Assembly (NCBI GenBank): GCA_963825935.1
Contig: CAWGUN010000013.1
Coordinates: 558,807-622,806, forward strand
Reading direction: 5' to 3'
Length of the DNA: 64,000 nucleotides
Origin: an uncultured Bacteroidales bacterium
GTDB lineage: Bacteria > Bacteroidota > Bacteroidia > Bacteroidales > VadinHA17
The notes under the pieces are model-generated. The model made no database searches. It had not been told where the DNA came from and saw only the letters and a program-made list of their open reading frames with translations. Every line of letters starts with the position of its first letter. The first letter of the stretch is position 1. The translations under genes were made by a program, and so were the position numbers. Positions 20,152-28,466 of the stretch are shown one piece after another.

Positions 20152-22318
20152 GAAAAAACCACTACTATTATTTGCATTCCTTTTCGCAATCATCTCTGTA
20201 ACTTCATCTGTCCCCGATGAGGGAATGTGGATCCCCTTATTAATTGAAAAATACAATATTAAGCTGATGCAGGAGAAGGGTTTTAAACTGACTGCTGAAG
20301 ATATTTATAGTGTAAACAAGGCCTGCATGAAAGACGCAGTTGTTTCATTTGGAGGGGGTTGCACCGGTGAGCTGATTTCGCCGGATGGTTTGCTGATAAC
20401 CAATCACCATTGTGGGCGCGGCCAGATACAAAGGCTCTCCAGCCTTGAGCATGATTACCTTGCAAACGGCTACTGGGCAATGTCGAAGGAGGAGGAGATG
20501 GCTTGTCCCGGATTGTTTGTAACGATACTGAAGAGGATGGAAGATGTAACCGAAAGAATGCTGAAAGGAATTACGGAGGATATGAATGATGAGGCGCGCC
20601 AGAAAATACTCACTTCCAATTCGGATGAAATCAGAAAGAGTGTGACAGACGGAAGTGGCTACGCAGTAAGCATAAGACCCTTTTATATGGGAAATCAGTA
20701 TTTTCTGTTTGTGAATGAGACATTTACCGATGTCCGTTTTGTTGGTGCTCCTCCTTACGCAATTGGTACATTCGGCGGGGAGACTGACAACTGGGTATGG
20801 CCACGTCATACGGGCGATTTCTCTTTATTCCGTGTTTATGCAAACAAGGATAACAAACCCGCAGGTTACTCTAAAGATAATATTCCTTATAAACCCCTTT
20901 ACCATTTCCCTATATCCCTGAAGGGTGTTAATGAAGGAGATTTTACGATGGTCTTCGGATACCCGGGATCAACATCAGAATATGTTCCTTCATATCACAT
21001 TGATATGGTAAAAAACTATGTCAATCCTAAAATGATTGCCATCAGGACAAAGAAAATTGAGATAATGGAAGCTGCAATGAATACGGATCCTCTTATCAGG
21101 CTTCAGTATACTGCAAAAAGTTCGGGAATTGCCAATTCATGGAAAAGATGGATCGGAGAGAACCAGGGACTCGAAAGGATGAATACAATTGAGAAAAAAC
21201 AGGAATTTGAGAAGAAGCTTACAGCATGGATCAATGCAGATGAATCAAGAAAAGCAAAATACGGAAATATCCTTCCTCAGTATGAGAAGCTTTATACCAG
21301 GCTCAGGGATTATAACCTCGTCAATAACTATACAAGCGATGCATTCTTCAGCACTGGGGCAGAAGCGGTCGGATTTGCCAGGAACATGATTTCGCTTGCC
21401 GGAATGTATGAAAATAATCTCGATCCCCGGAAAATAAGTGTAGTAAAAAGTGAAATGATCAATGGCGCAAAGGGATTTTTCAAAAACTACAACCTCGAAA
21501 CAGACAAGAAGCTTTTTGTAGCAGTAATGACAATGTATGGCGACAACCTCGATCCGAAATGGCAGGCACCGGAGTATATCAGGGTAAGGAAGGAATGCAA
21601 AGGTAACTTCCGGGCTCTTGCAGACAAATATTATGGCAAGAGTGTTTTTACAAACGAAGCTCGATATACGGCTTTTGTTAACTCCTTTAATAAAAGCTTT
21701 TTAGCTAAGCTGAATAAAGATCCTTTCTACAGGATCGCGAAAAGTGCAGGAGAATTTCTGTCTGCAAATGTAAGAGGTGAACTGAGCAGTCTGACATCTG
21801 AAATCCAGAAGCTAAACAAGGATTATATGACTCTCCAGATGGAATTCGACAAGGGTCATTTGTTTTACCCGGATGCTAACTCGACACTCCGGGTTGCCTA
21901 TGGCACTGTAAAAGGCTATTATTCAAAAGATGCTGTCTACTTTAAGCACTACACCACATTAAAAGGGATTATTGAAAAAGACAATCCCGATATTTATGAT
22001 TATGCAGTACCTGACAAGTTAAAAAAGTTGTATCAGGCAAGGGATTTTGGTCCATATACACAGGATGGAGAGGTCCCGGTCTGTTTTATAGCAGATAATC
22101 ATACAACAGGAGGTAATTCAGGAAGTCCGGTGTTAAATGCTTACGGTCAGCTGATAGGAATTAATTTCGACAGGGCCTGGGAAGGAGTTGCGAGTGATAT
22201 GGCCTTTAACCCTGATCAGAGCAGAAATATCAGCCTCGATATCAGGTATGCGCTTTTCATTATCGATAAATTTGCTGGTGCAGGATATCTGCTGAAAGAA
22301 ATGACAATTGTGGAATAG
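20150..22318 (+). CDS. dpp11: S46-family dipeptidyl-peptidase, DPP11-type (predicted acidic P1 specificity)
   Basis: 722 aa. Signal peptide, DEGMW start of the mature enzyme, ITNHHCG (His) and GGNSGSP (Ser). The residue 18 positions after the catalytic Ser is Arg (NFDRAWEG). Confidence 0.8.
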   Translation: MKKPLLLFAFLFAIISVTSSVPDEGMWIPLLIEKYNIKLMQEKGFKLTAEDIYSVNKACMKDAVVSFGGGCTGELISPDGLLITNHHCGRGQIQRLSSLEHDYLANGYWAMSKEEEMACPGLFVTILKRMEDVTERMLKGITEDMNDEARQKILTSNSDEIRKSVTDGSGYAVSIRPFYMGNQYFLFVNETFTDVRFVGAPPYAIGTFGGETDNWVWPRHTGDFSLFRVYANKDNKPAGYSKDNIPYKPLYHFPISLKGVNEGDFTMVFGYPGSTSEYVPSYHIDMVKNYVNPKMIAIRTKKIEIMEAAMNTDPLIRLQYTAKSSGIANSWKRWIGENQGLERMNTIEKKQEFEKKLTAWINADESRKAKYGNILPQYEKLYTRLRDYNLVNNYTSDAFFSTGAEAVGFARNMISLAGMYENNLDPRKISVVKSEMINGAKGFFKNYNLETDKKLFVAVMTMYGDNLDPKWQAPEYIRVRKECKGNFRALADKYYGKSVFTNEARYTAFVNSFNKSFLAKLNKDPFYRIAKSAGEFLSANVRGELSSLTSEIQKLNKDYMTLQMEFDKGHLFYPDANSTLRVAYGTVKGYYSKDAVYFKHYTTLKGIIEKDNPDIYDYAVPDKLKKLYQARDFGPYTQDGEVPVCFIADNHTTGGNSGSPVLNAYGQLIGINFDRAWEGVASDMAFNPDQSRNISLDIRYALFIIDKFAGAGYLLKEMTIVE

Positions 22319-22368
22319 CCGGCCGGGGAGAGGCCAGTTACCGTTTTCAGGTAAGAGTAGCTTTGACC

Positions 22369-24519
22369 TTAGAATCTGATCGTATATTTCACCTTCACTC
22401 TTGCCTCATATACCTCTGGCCTGAAACGCTCAAGAGGATCAATTAAAGGCGAATTGAATGTAAGGAATATTGCTTTGCCAGGTTTTATGATCCATTGGAA
22501 TCTCGATTGCCAGCCAAATGTTTCTGTCTTGTTGTCATACTGCGCAAAATTGGACCATGAAATGTCAGGACTGAAGAGAAAATTCAGATTTACCCGATAA
22601 ATCTGGGTTACAAAATTTCCTTCCTTTAAATTGACCCACCTCCGTTCGGCATCAAGACCGAAATAAACAGGAACGCATATTTTGTATCCGGTCTGGATGA
22701 GCAGATCAGTTCTTTTTCCGGAATAGAAAGTACCAAACACCACTTTTGTCAAAGCCCAAAGGTTTCTCCTCTTCGCTGAGGTCAGTGTCAATGTATGGCG
22801 CCAGAAATTATATTCATTAACAGGTATAGAGATAGTGTCAAATATATCGAAAGCTTCCTCAAGCTTATCAAACTGGTATTGCGAGGCGAGTGACACGATG
22901 TCGCCACTCAGAAATGTGACTTCAGAATACTTAAGGTTCACCTCACCAGACAGAAGCCCGTTATTATTCATGTTAAAAATAAATGAATAGTCAGCTCCGG
23001 TCTTTACCTGCAGTATTGGAGAATTCTTTGGACGCGGACCCAGGGTAATGCCTCCATAGATGTCCCTTATGCCTTTCCGGGGGACAAATCCGAGTCCAGC
23101 CGTAAAATTCTCACCAATCTGAAGATACCCTGTCCTGAAGTTGAGAAAATCGTTAGGGTAATTCAGCTCTGTTCCGAAGGAAAAATCATTTTTATTAAGT
23201 CCGGTAGTGAAAGATTTGACACCATACAGATTAAATATGATATTATTATTGCCTTTAAGCTCTGAGCTCCCAAGCCTCAGGTCAAATCCTGCCAGTGTAT
23301 TGCCGGCATCAGAAAATGCATTTCCGTTCGTTCCGATTAAACCTATAGATGATTGTTTCCCAAGATTAAGCGATATTCTGCCAACGGTATATCCCGGGTT
23401 GTCCCAGTTGTTGTCATCCTTTATATGAAGTAGTCCAAAATTCCATTTACCGGCTTTGCCGGTAAACTTTCCGCCATATCTTATTGCTACCGGATTTCCT
23501 GCGCTGTCGAGTCCGATACGCCTCGAAAAATAGGGGATCATCTCCGTATTCTTAGTGTTATCATCATCGCCGTTAATTCCAAAGGTAAAATAGTTGGAAC
23601 CATCAAGAAAGAAGTCCCTCTTTTCAGGGAAATAAAGTGAAAAACGCGTCAGGTTGATCTGTTTCGCATCAACTTCCGTCTGGGCAAAATCAGTATTGGC
23701 TGTAAGCGCTACTTTCAGTGACGGGGTAATCTGGTAGAAAGCATCCATTCCAAGATCATATACAGGGTCAGGAGCAACATCTTTCTTTTTGCTGAAACCG
23801 CCTGTAAAATAGGGGATTAGATCGAGGCCGATACCCTGCGTCATCCCTGTCAATCCATTAATTTTACCTTCATCTGAAACCTGGAACTTATCGGAATTTA
23901 GTGAGCTGGCCGGCCAGGAAGATGTTTCCGATTTTCTTTTAACATATCTAATGCACTTTAATCCCCAGGTATCGGATGCTTTGTTAAATCCCATTGTTTT
24001 AAAAGGAATTATCAGCTCGCCTTCCCACCCTTTATCGGTGATCCGGGCTTTTCCATCCCAGATGCCGTCCCATGATTTATTAAAATACTTCCCGTTCTCA
24101 TTGATAAGTGCATCACCGATACTGCCCCTCGGACCCAGTTGGAACCAGTATCCGCTACGACCGTCAAGATAAGTGTCAAAGATGATCTGTATCCTGTCAT
24201 CTTCCCCGAGGCTTACATCACGGGCCAGCTCTTTTGCAATGATCCCGGCAGGGTCATCAAAACATCTTATTCCTACATATATATTGTTATGATCAAACAG
24301 GAACAGGAATTCCGTTTTTTCTGAAATTGGCTCTCCTGTATTTGGTTCTTTCTGGTATAACTCATTAACAACGGATGCATTGGCCCATACCTCATCATTA
24401 ACAAATCCGTCAATTTCCGGTGCTTTTTGGGTAAAAACAGCTCTGATTTCAGGCTGGGAAAACAGGGAACTTATGCTCAGGATTAATGAAACAGAGAATG
24501 CTATTGATATCCGGATCAT
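22369..24519 (-). CDS. CBM9-like/DOMON-like N-terminal domain + DUF5916 outer-membrane beta-barrel protein
   Basis: 716 aa. Signal peptide, N-terminus APEIDGFVNDEVWANA..NIYVGIRCFD, then a long strand-rich region ending in the aromatic residue ..KYTIRF. Confidence 0.65.
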   Translation of the reverse strand: MIRISIAFSVSLILSISSLFSQPEIRAVFTQKAPEIDGFVNDEVWANASVVNELYQKEPNTGEPISEKTEFLFLFDHNNIYVGIRCFDDPAGIIAKELARDVSLGEDDRIQIIFDTYLDGRSGYWFQLGPRGSIGDALINENGKYFNKSWDGIWDGKARITDKGWEGELIIPFKTMGFNKASDTWGLKCIRYVKRKSETSSWPASSLNSDKFQVSDEGKINGLTGMTQGIGLDLIPYFTGGFSKKKDVAPDPVYDLGMDAFYQITPSLKVALTANTDFAQTEVDAKQINLTRFSLYFPEKRDFFLDGSNYFTFGINGDDDNTKNTEMIPYFSRRIGLDSAGNPVAIRYGGKFTGKAGKWNFGLLHIKDDNNWDNPGYTVGRISLNLGKQSSIGLIGTNGNAFSDAGNTLAGFDLRLGSSELKGNNNIIFNLYGVKSFTTGLNKNDFSFGTELNYPNDFLNFRTGYLQIGENFTAGLGFVPRKGIRDIYGGITLGPRPKNSPILQVKTGADYSFIFNMNNNGLLSGEVNLKYSEVTFLSGDIVSLASQYQFDKLEEAFDIFDTISIPVNEYNFWRHTLTLTSAKRRNLWALTKVVFGTFYSGKRTDLLIQTGYKICVPVYFGLDAERRWVNLKEGNFVTQIYRVNLNFLFSPDISWSNFAQYDNKTETFGWQSRFQWIIKPGKAIFLTFNSPLIDPLERFRPEVYEARVKVKYTIRF

Positions 24520-24609
24520 CTTTTATTTTGGCCGCCAAGATAACTCCGAATCATTTATTTTCCTAATGGAATAGTGGTCAAATCGAGGCGAGAAAATTAT
24601 TGAAAATTG

Positions 24610-25512
24610 TTATAATTTATATCCTTTAATTGTATTAAGCTTATCTTCAAATTTTTGTAAAACTGCCTCCTGGTCAGACACCTGATCCCTGAATTTTCCC
24701 TGGGTACGGTCATTCCTGGGTATATTCCTGTTTGCTTTATCAATTTCACCTTCAGCTTTGCTGATCTTTTTTTCAGAAACTGCAATAGCTTTAAGTGTTT
24801 TCTTTTTATTTTTTTCAAGCTCTTTGACAGCAGCAGCTTTTTCTTTCTTAGCATCACCTTCTTCCATAGAGTTCAACAGGGTAGTCTCGTCAATTATCTG
24901 AGCAGATAGAGAAGGAAGTCCATTGTTCAGGACACTAAGCTTATCTCTCTCTGTGGTGATAGTCTTGTTATTGGAGCGGATTGATTTTTCCATTCCTGAT
25001 TGATCCTTTTCAAGTGATCCGAGCTCCTTTTGCAGGTCTCTAAGTTTTTTCTCTTCTGCTTTAACCTGTTCGCTGACCAGGTCGATATATTGCTTCCTGG
25101 CAAAATTGAATAAAAAGTTTTTAGCCCTGGCGAGTTCTGTCTCTCCTGTAGCTCTTTCAATGTACTGATCTTTGCTGAGTTCGATTGAAACGCCAAGAAT
25201 GAGAACACTATCCTTATCCATAAGCTTGCTATAAACATTCACAGGGGTTTCTACGACACTTTTGAGAAGGGCTCCGAAAATTGTCATCTCTCCATTATCC
25301 GTAACAACGACAGATTTTGTACCTTCCTCCAGCAGTTTAGTCCAGCTTTTCAGAGTATTCTCATAATTGACTTCCGGAATAGAAACAAATAACCCCGGAA
25401 GCAAGGCTTTACTGATTCTAAGACTGTCTTCAAGAACTAAAACAGGTTTCTGGGCTCTGATTCCCAAACAGGAAATAATCAGCAACAAAATGATGGCAGG
25501 AAATGATTTCAT
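24610..25512 (-). CDS. Secreted/lipoprotein coiled-coil protein, unknown function
   Basis: 300 aa. Signal peptide LLLIISCLGIRAQ. The C-terminal ~160 aa are K/E-rich and heptad-like (EEKKLRDLQKELGSLEKDQSGMEKS..). Confidence 0.55.
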   Translation of the reverse strand: MKSFPAIILLLIISCLGIRAQKPVLVLEDSLRISKALLPGLFVSIPEVNYENTLKSWTKLLEEGTKSVVVTDNGEMTIFGALLKSVVETPVNVYSKLMDKDSVLILGVSIELSKDQYIERATGETELARAKNFLFNFARKQYIDLVSEQVKAEEKKLRDLQKELGSLEKDQSGMEKSIRSNNKTITTERDKLSVLNNGLPSLSAQIIDETTLLNSMEEGDAKKEKAAAVKELEKNKKKTLKAIAVSEKKISKAEGEIDKANRNIPRNDRTQGKFRDQVSDQEAVLQKFEDKLNTIKGYKL

Positions 25513-25566
25513 ATCAGTTAGTTTATTGAAAAGGGTTTATAGGATATATAAAAATACGAAATCCCA

Positions 25567-25588
25567 GCTGAATTTAGTAATATTCAGC
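25567..25588 (-). terminator. Possible terminator hairpin downstream of the SRPBCC gene
   Basis: GCTGAAT / ATTCAGC 7-bp stem with an 8-nt loop. T-rich tracts follow on both strands. Confidence 0.35.
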
Positions 25589-25710
25589 TTTATTCTTCAC
25601 AGTAAGAAAAAACGCTATCACTTACCAGAATGAAAGATATCCAGGTCAATTTGTTTCAAAACTATCTGTTCCGGAACCGAAAAGCGCCTGAATCTCCTTG
25701 GTCCGGCTTA

Positions 25711-26250
25711 TTATTCAAGTAGTACTTTCAGGTTCTTAAGCCCACCTTCAAGATCTTTTCCAAGCATAGAATCCATATTCATAAAGCTGAGCATAAGGTT
25801 CATCGGGTATTTCATCTTACCAAAGATACCCCATGTGACGTTAGTTGTTGAATCATTTACAGCCTTGAAAGAAATGAAAGCATTGTCAGTCGATTTCATA
25901 GGTTTAAAGAACCTGATAATGTAATCAATCCTTTCACCTTCTGCGATCTTTACAATTTCCTGTTCTCCCTTGCCTGCTTCCTTAACAGGGCTGTCCCAGG
26001 CTGCCACAAAACCGACTGATGCATCGGTGCCCCTGAACTCCTGTTTCATGTTCGGATCAATCTTTGCCCAGACACTGAATTTGTCCTGGTTTTTAAGGTA
26101 TTTTACGTAGTCGAAAATTACCTGTCGCGGCTGGTTAATACTTAAAGTCCGTTCGACAGTATAATCTTTCCTGACGAAAAGCGCAACTATTAAAAGTAGT
26201 GCAATTAAGCTTGCAACTATCAGAATGAGGTATTTAAGAAACTTTTTCAT
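25711..26250 (-). CDS. Membrane-anchored SRPBCC (START/Bet v1-like) family protein
   Basis: 179 aa with an N-terminal TM helix. The remainder (YTVERTLSINQPRQVIFDYVKYLKNQDKFSVW) is typical of SRPBCC proteins. Confidence 0.65.
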   Translation of the reverse strand: MKKFLKYLILIVASLIALLLIVALFVRKDYTVERTLSINQPRQVIFDYVKYLKNQDKFSVWAKIDPNMKQEFRGTDASVGFVAAWDSPVKEAGKGEQEIVKIAEGERIDYIIRFFKPMKSTDNAFISFKAVNDSTTNVTWGIFGKMKYPMNLMLSFMNMDSMLGKDLEGGLKNLKVLLE

Positions 26251-26362
26251 AGCTCAGATTTTTAATAATTTAATTCGATCATTTCTTTGATCTTAACAAG
26301 TTTACAGGTCATTTGTTCAATCTTCTAAAATTATTAACTTTCACGATAAATTATGTGGGGAA

Positions 26363-27487
26363 ATGGAAATTGTAGCAGACGATAAAATCCCTTTTCTGAA
26401 AGGAGTTCTTGATCCATATGCAAATATCATTTACCTGCCCGGGAAAGAAATTACCACGAAAGTTCTGATAGATGCAGATGCATTATTGATAAGAACCAGA
26501 ACAAAGTGTACGGAGGCTCTTCTGAATGGAACCGGTGTAAGGTTTATAGGAACCGCAACAATCGGGTTTGATCATATCGATACGAGATACTGCGGGTATA
26601 AAAATATTTTCTGGACGAATGCACCGGGATGTAATTCGTCGTCGGTTCAGCAATATATTGCAGGAGCACTTCTCAAAATGTCTTCCCAATCCGGATTTAA
26701 CCTTAAAGACAAGACAATCGGTATAATAGGTGTGGGCAATGTCGGATCAAAAGTTGAAAAGTTTGCACGGATTATGGGAATGAACGTCCTGCTGAACGAT
26801 CCTCCCAGGGCAAGGAGGGAGGGTCAAAAGAATTTCGCCAGCCTTGGAACTATTCTTTATGAATCTGATATTATTACTGTTCACGTGCCCCTAAATGTTG
26901 TGGGTGAGGATTGTACCTATCATCTTTTTAATACCCGGGCATTTAAAAAGATGAGAAAAGGGACCTGGTTCATTAACTCATCGCGTGGAGAAGTGACTGA
27001 AACTGCTGCCTTAAAAAAAGTTCTTTCTTCAGGGAAACTGGGTGGGGCAGTGCTGGATGTATGGGAGCATGAACCTGATATTGACCTGGAACTGATGTCC
27101 GGAACATTTATTTCCACACCTCATATTGCCGGGTATTCAACTGATGGCAAAGCTAATGGTACATCAATGGTGGTCAATTCATTATGCAAACATTTCAACC
27201 TTCCTCTGACCGGCTGGTATCCGGGCAATGTTCCTGAACCTGAAAAACCTTTAATATTAATTAACTGTAAAGGACTGACTGACGAAGATATAATCAGAGA
27301 AGCTGTTTTTCATACCTATAATATAGATGAGGATAATGTAAACCTCAGAATTAACCCATCGGACTTCGAAAAATTGAGAGGTAATTACAGGGTCCGAAGG
27401 GAATTCAAAGCATTTACAGTAAAGCTGTCAGGAGGATCGAAACAGGTAAGGAGGAAACTGGAAGAGATAGGCTTTATTGTGAGATGA
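26363..27487 (+). CDS. pdxB: 4-phosphoerythronate dehydrogenase (D-2-hydroxyacid dehydrogenase family)
   Basis: 374 aa. NAD motif GIIGVGNVGSKV, catalytic region SRGEV..HIAGYS, and a PdxB-type C-terminal dimerisation extension. Confidence 0.8.
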   Translation: MEIVADDKIPFLKGVLDPYANIIYLPGKEITTKVLIDADALLIRTRTKCTEALLNGTGVRFIGTATIGFDHIDTRYCGYKNIFWTNAPGCNSSSVQQYIAGALLKMSSQSGFNLKDKTIGIIGVGNVGSKVEKFARIMGMNVLLNDPPRARREGQKNFASLGTILYESDIITVHVPLNVVGEDCTYHLFNTRAFKKMRKGTWFINSSRGEVTETAALKKVLSSGKLGGAVLDVWEHEPDIDLELMSGTFISTPHIAGYSTDGKANGTSMVVNSLCKHFNLPLTGWYPGNVPEPEKPLILINCKGLTDEDIIREAVFHTYNIDEDNVNLRINPSDFEKLRGNYRVRREFKAFTVKLSGGSKQVRRKLEEIGFIVR

Positions 27488-27533
27488 AAAACGATAATTT
27501 AAACCCGAATTTATCAGCTAAAAGTTATTTGCT

Positions 27534-28463
27534 ATGAAAGACAAGAATCTGAACAGAAGAGATTTTGCCAGAAAAGTTGCCATAGCCGGCACAGGTCTTG
27601 CAGCTTCTCCGGTTATGATTTCAGCTGGCAGCAGGAAATCAATTCAATTTAATCAGGCAGCTTACGGGAGGCTTAAAATAAGTCTTAATGCATACTCATT
27701 CGACAAGCCTCTCAGAGCCGGTACAATGAAAATAGACGATCTGCTTGATTACTGTGCGAAAACAGGGTTTGAAGGCGTGGATATTACAGGTTATTATTTC
27801 CCCGGATATCCTGCTGTTCCATCAGATGAACTGATTTTTCATGTTAAGCAAAAAGCGTTCAGACTTGGTATTGAACTTGGGTGTACCGGAGTAAGAAATG
27901 ATTTTACCTGGTCCGACCCTGTTAAAAGGGCTGATGAGAAGAGACTTGTAAAAGAGTGGATATTAGTTGCCCAGAAGCTGGGTGCTCCTGGCGTCAGGAT
28001 ATTCAGCGGAAACCTCTCTAAGGAGAGTTTTTCGTGGGAGGAAAGGGCAAAATGGATCGCTGAGGAGATCCGTGAATGTGCTGATTATGGGAAAGAACAT
28101 GGAGTAATGCTTGCATTACAGAATCATAATGATTTCCTTAAGACTTCCTCCGAAACTGAAAAACTTCTTAAGTTAGTAAACCACGATTGGGTTGGCTTAA
28201 TGTGCGATATCGGAAGCTATCATACTGAAGACCCTTATACAGATATTAACGCCAACGCAAAATATGCAATTACCTGGCAGATGAAGGAAAAGGTGTTTGT
28301 CAAAGATAACCAGGTAGATACAGATTTTGATAAGGTCATTGCAATTGTCCGGCAAAGTGGCTACAAAGGATATCTGCCTCTCGAAACTCTCGGGGAGGGC
28401 GATCCGTATATCAAGGTTGAAGCTTTGCTGAAAAAAGTAAGAAGTGTATTAAATACATTTTAA
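27534..28463 (+). CDS. TAT-exported sugar phosphate isomerase/epimerase (xylose-isomerase-like TIM barrel)
   Basis: 309 aa. Twin-arginine signal NRRDFARKVAIAGTGLAASP. AP-endonuclease-2/xylose-isomerase-like barrel pattern (GFEGVDI..RIFSG..LALQNHN..LPLE). Confidence 0.75.
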   Translation: MKDKNLNRRDFARKVAIAGTGLAASPVMISAGSRKSIQFNQAAYGRLKISLNAYSFDKPLRAGTMKIDDLLDYCAKTGFEGVDITGYYFPGYPAVPSDELIFHVKQKAFRLGIELGCTGVRNDFTWSDPVKRADEKRLVKEWILVAQKLGAPGVRIFSGNLSKESFSWEERAKWIAEEIRECADYGKEHGVMLALQNHNDFLKTSSETEKLLKLVNHDWVGLMCDIGSYHTEDPYTDINANAKYAITWQMKEKVFVKDNQVDTDFDKVIAIVRQSGYKGYLPLETLGEGDPYIKVEALLKKVRSVLNTF

Positions 28464-28466
28464 TTC

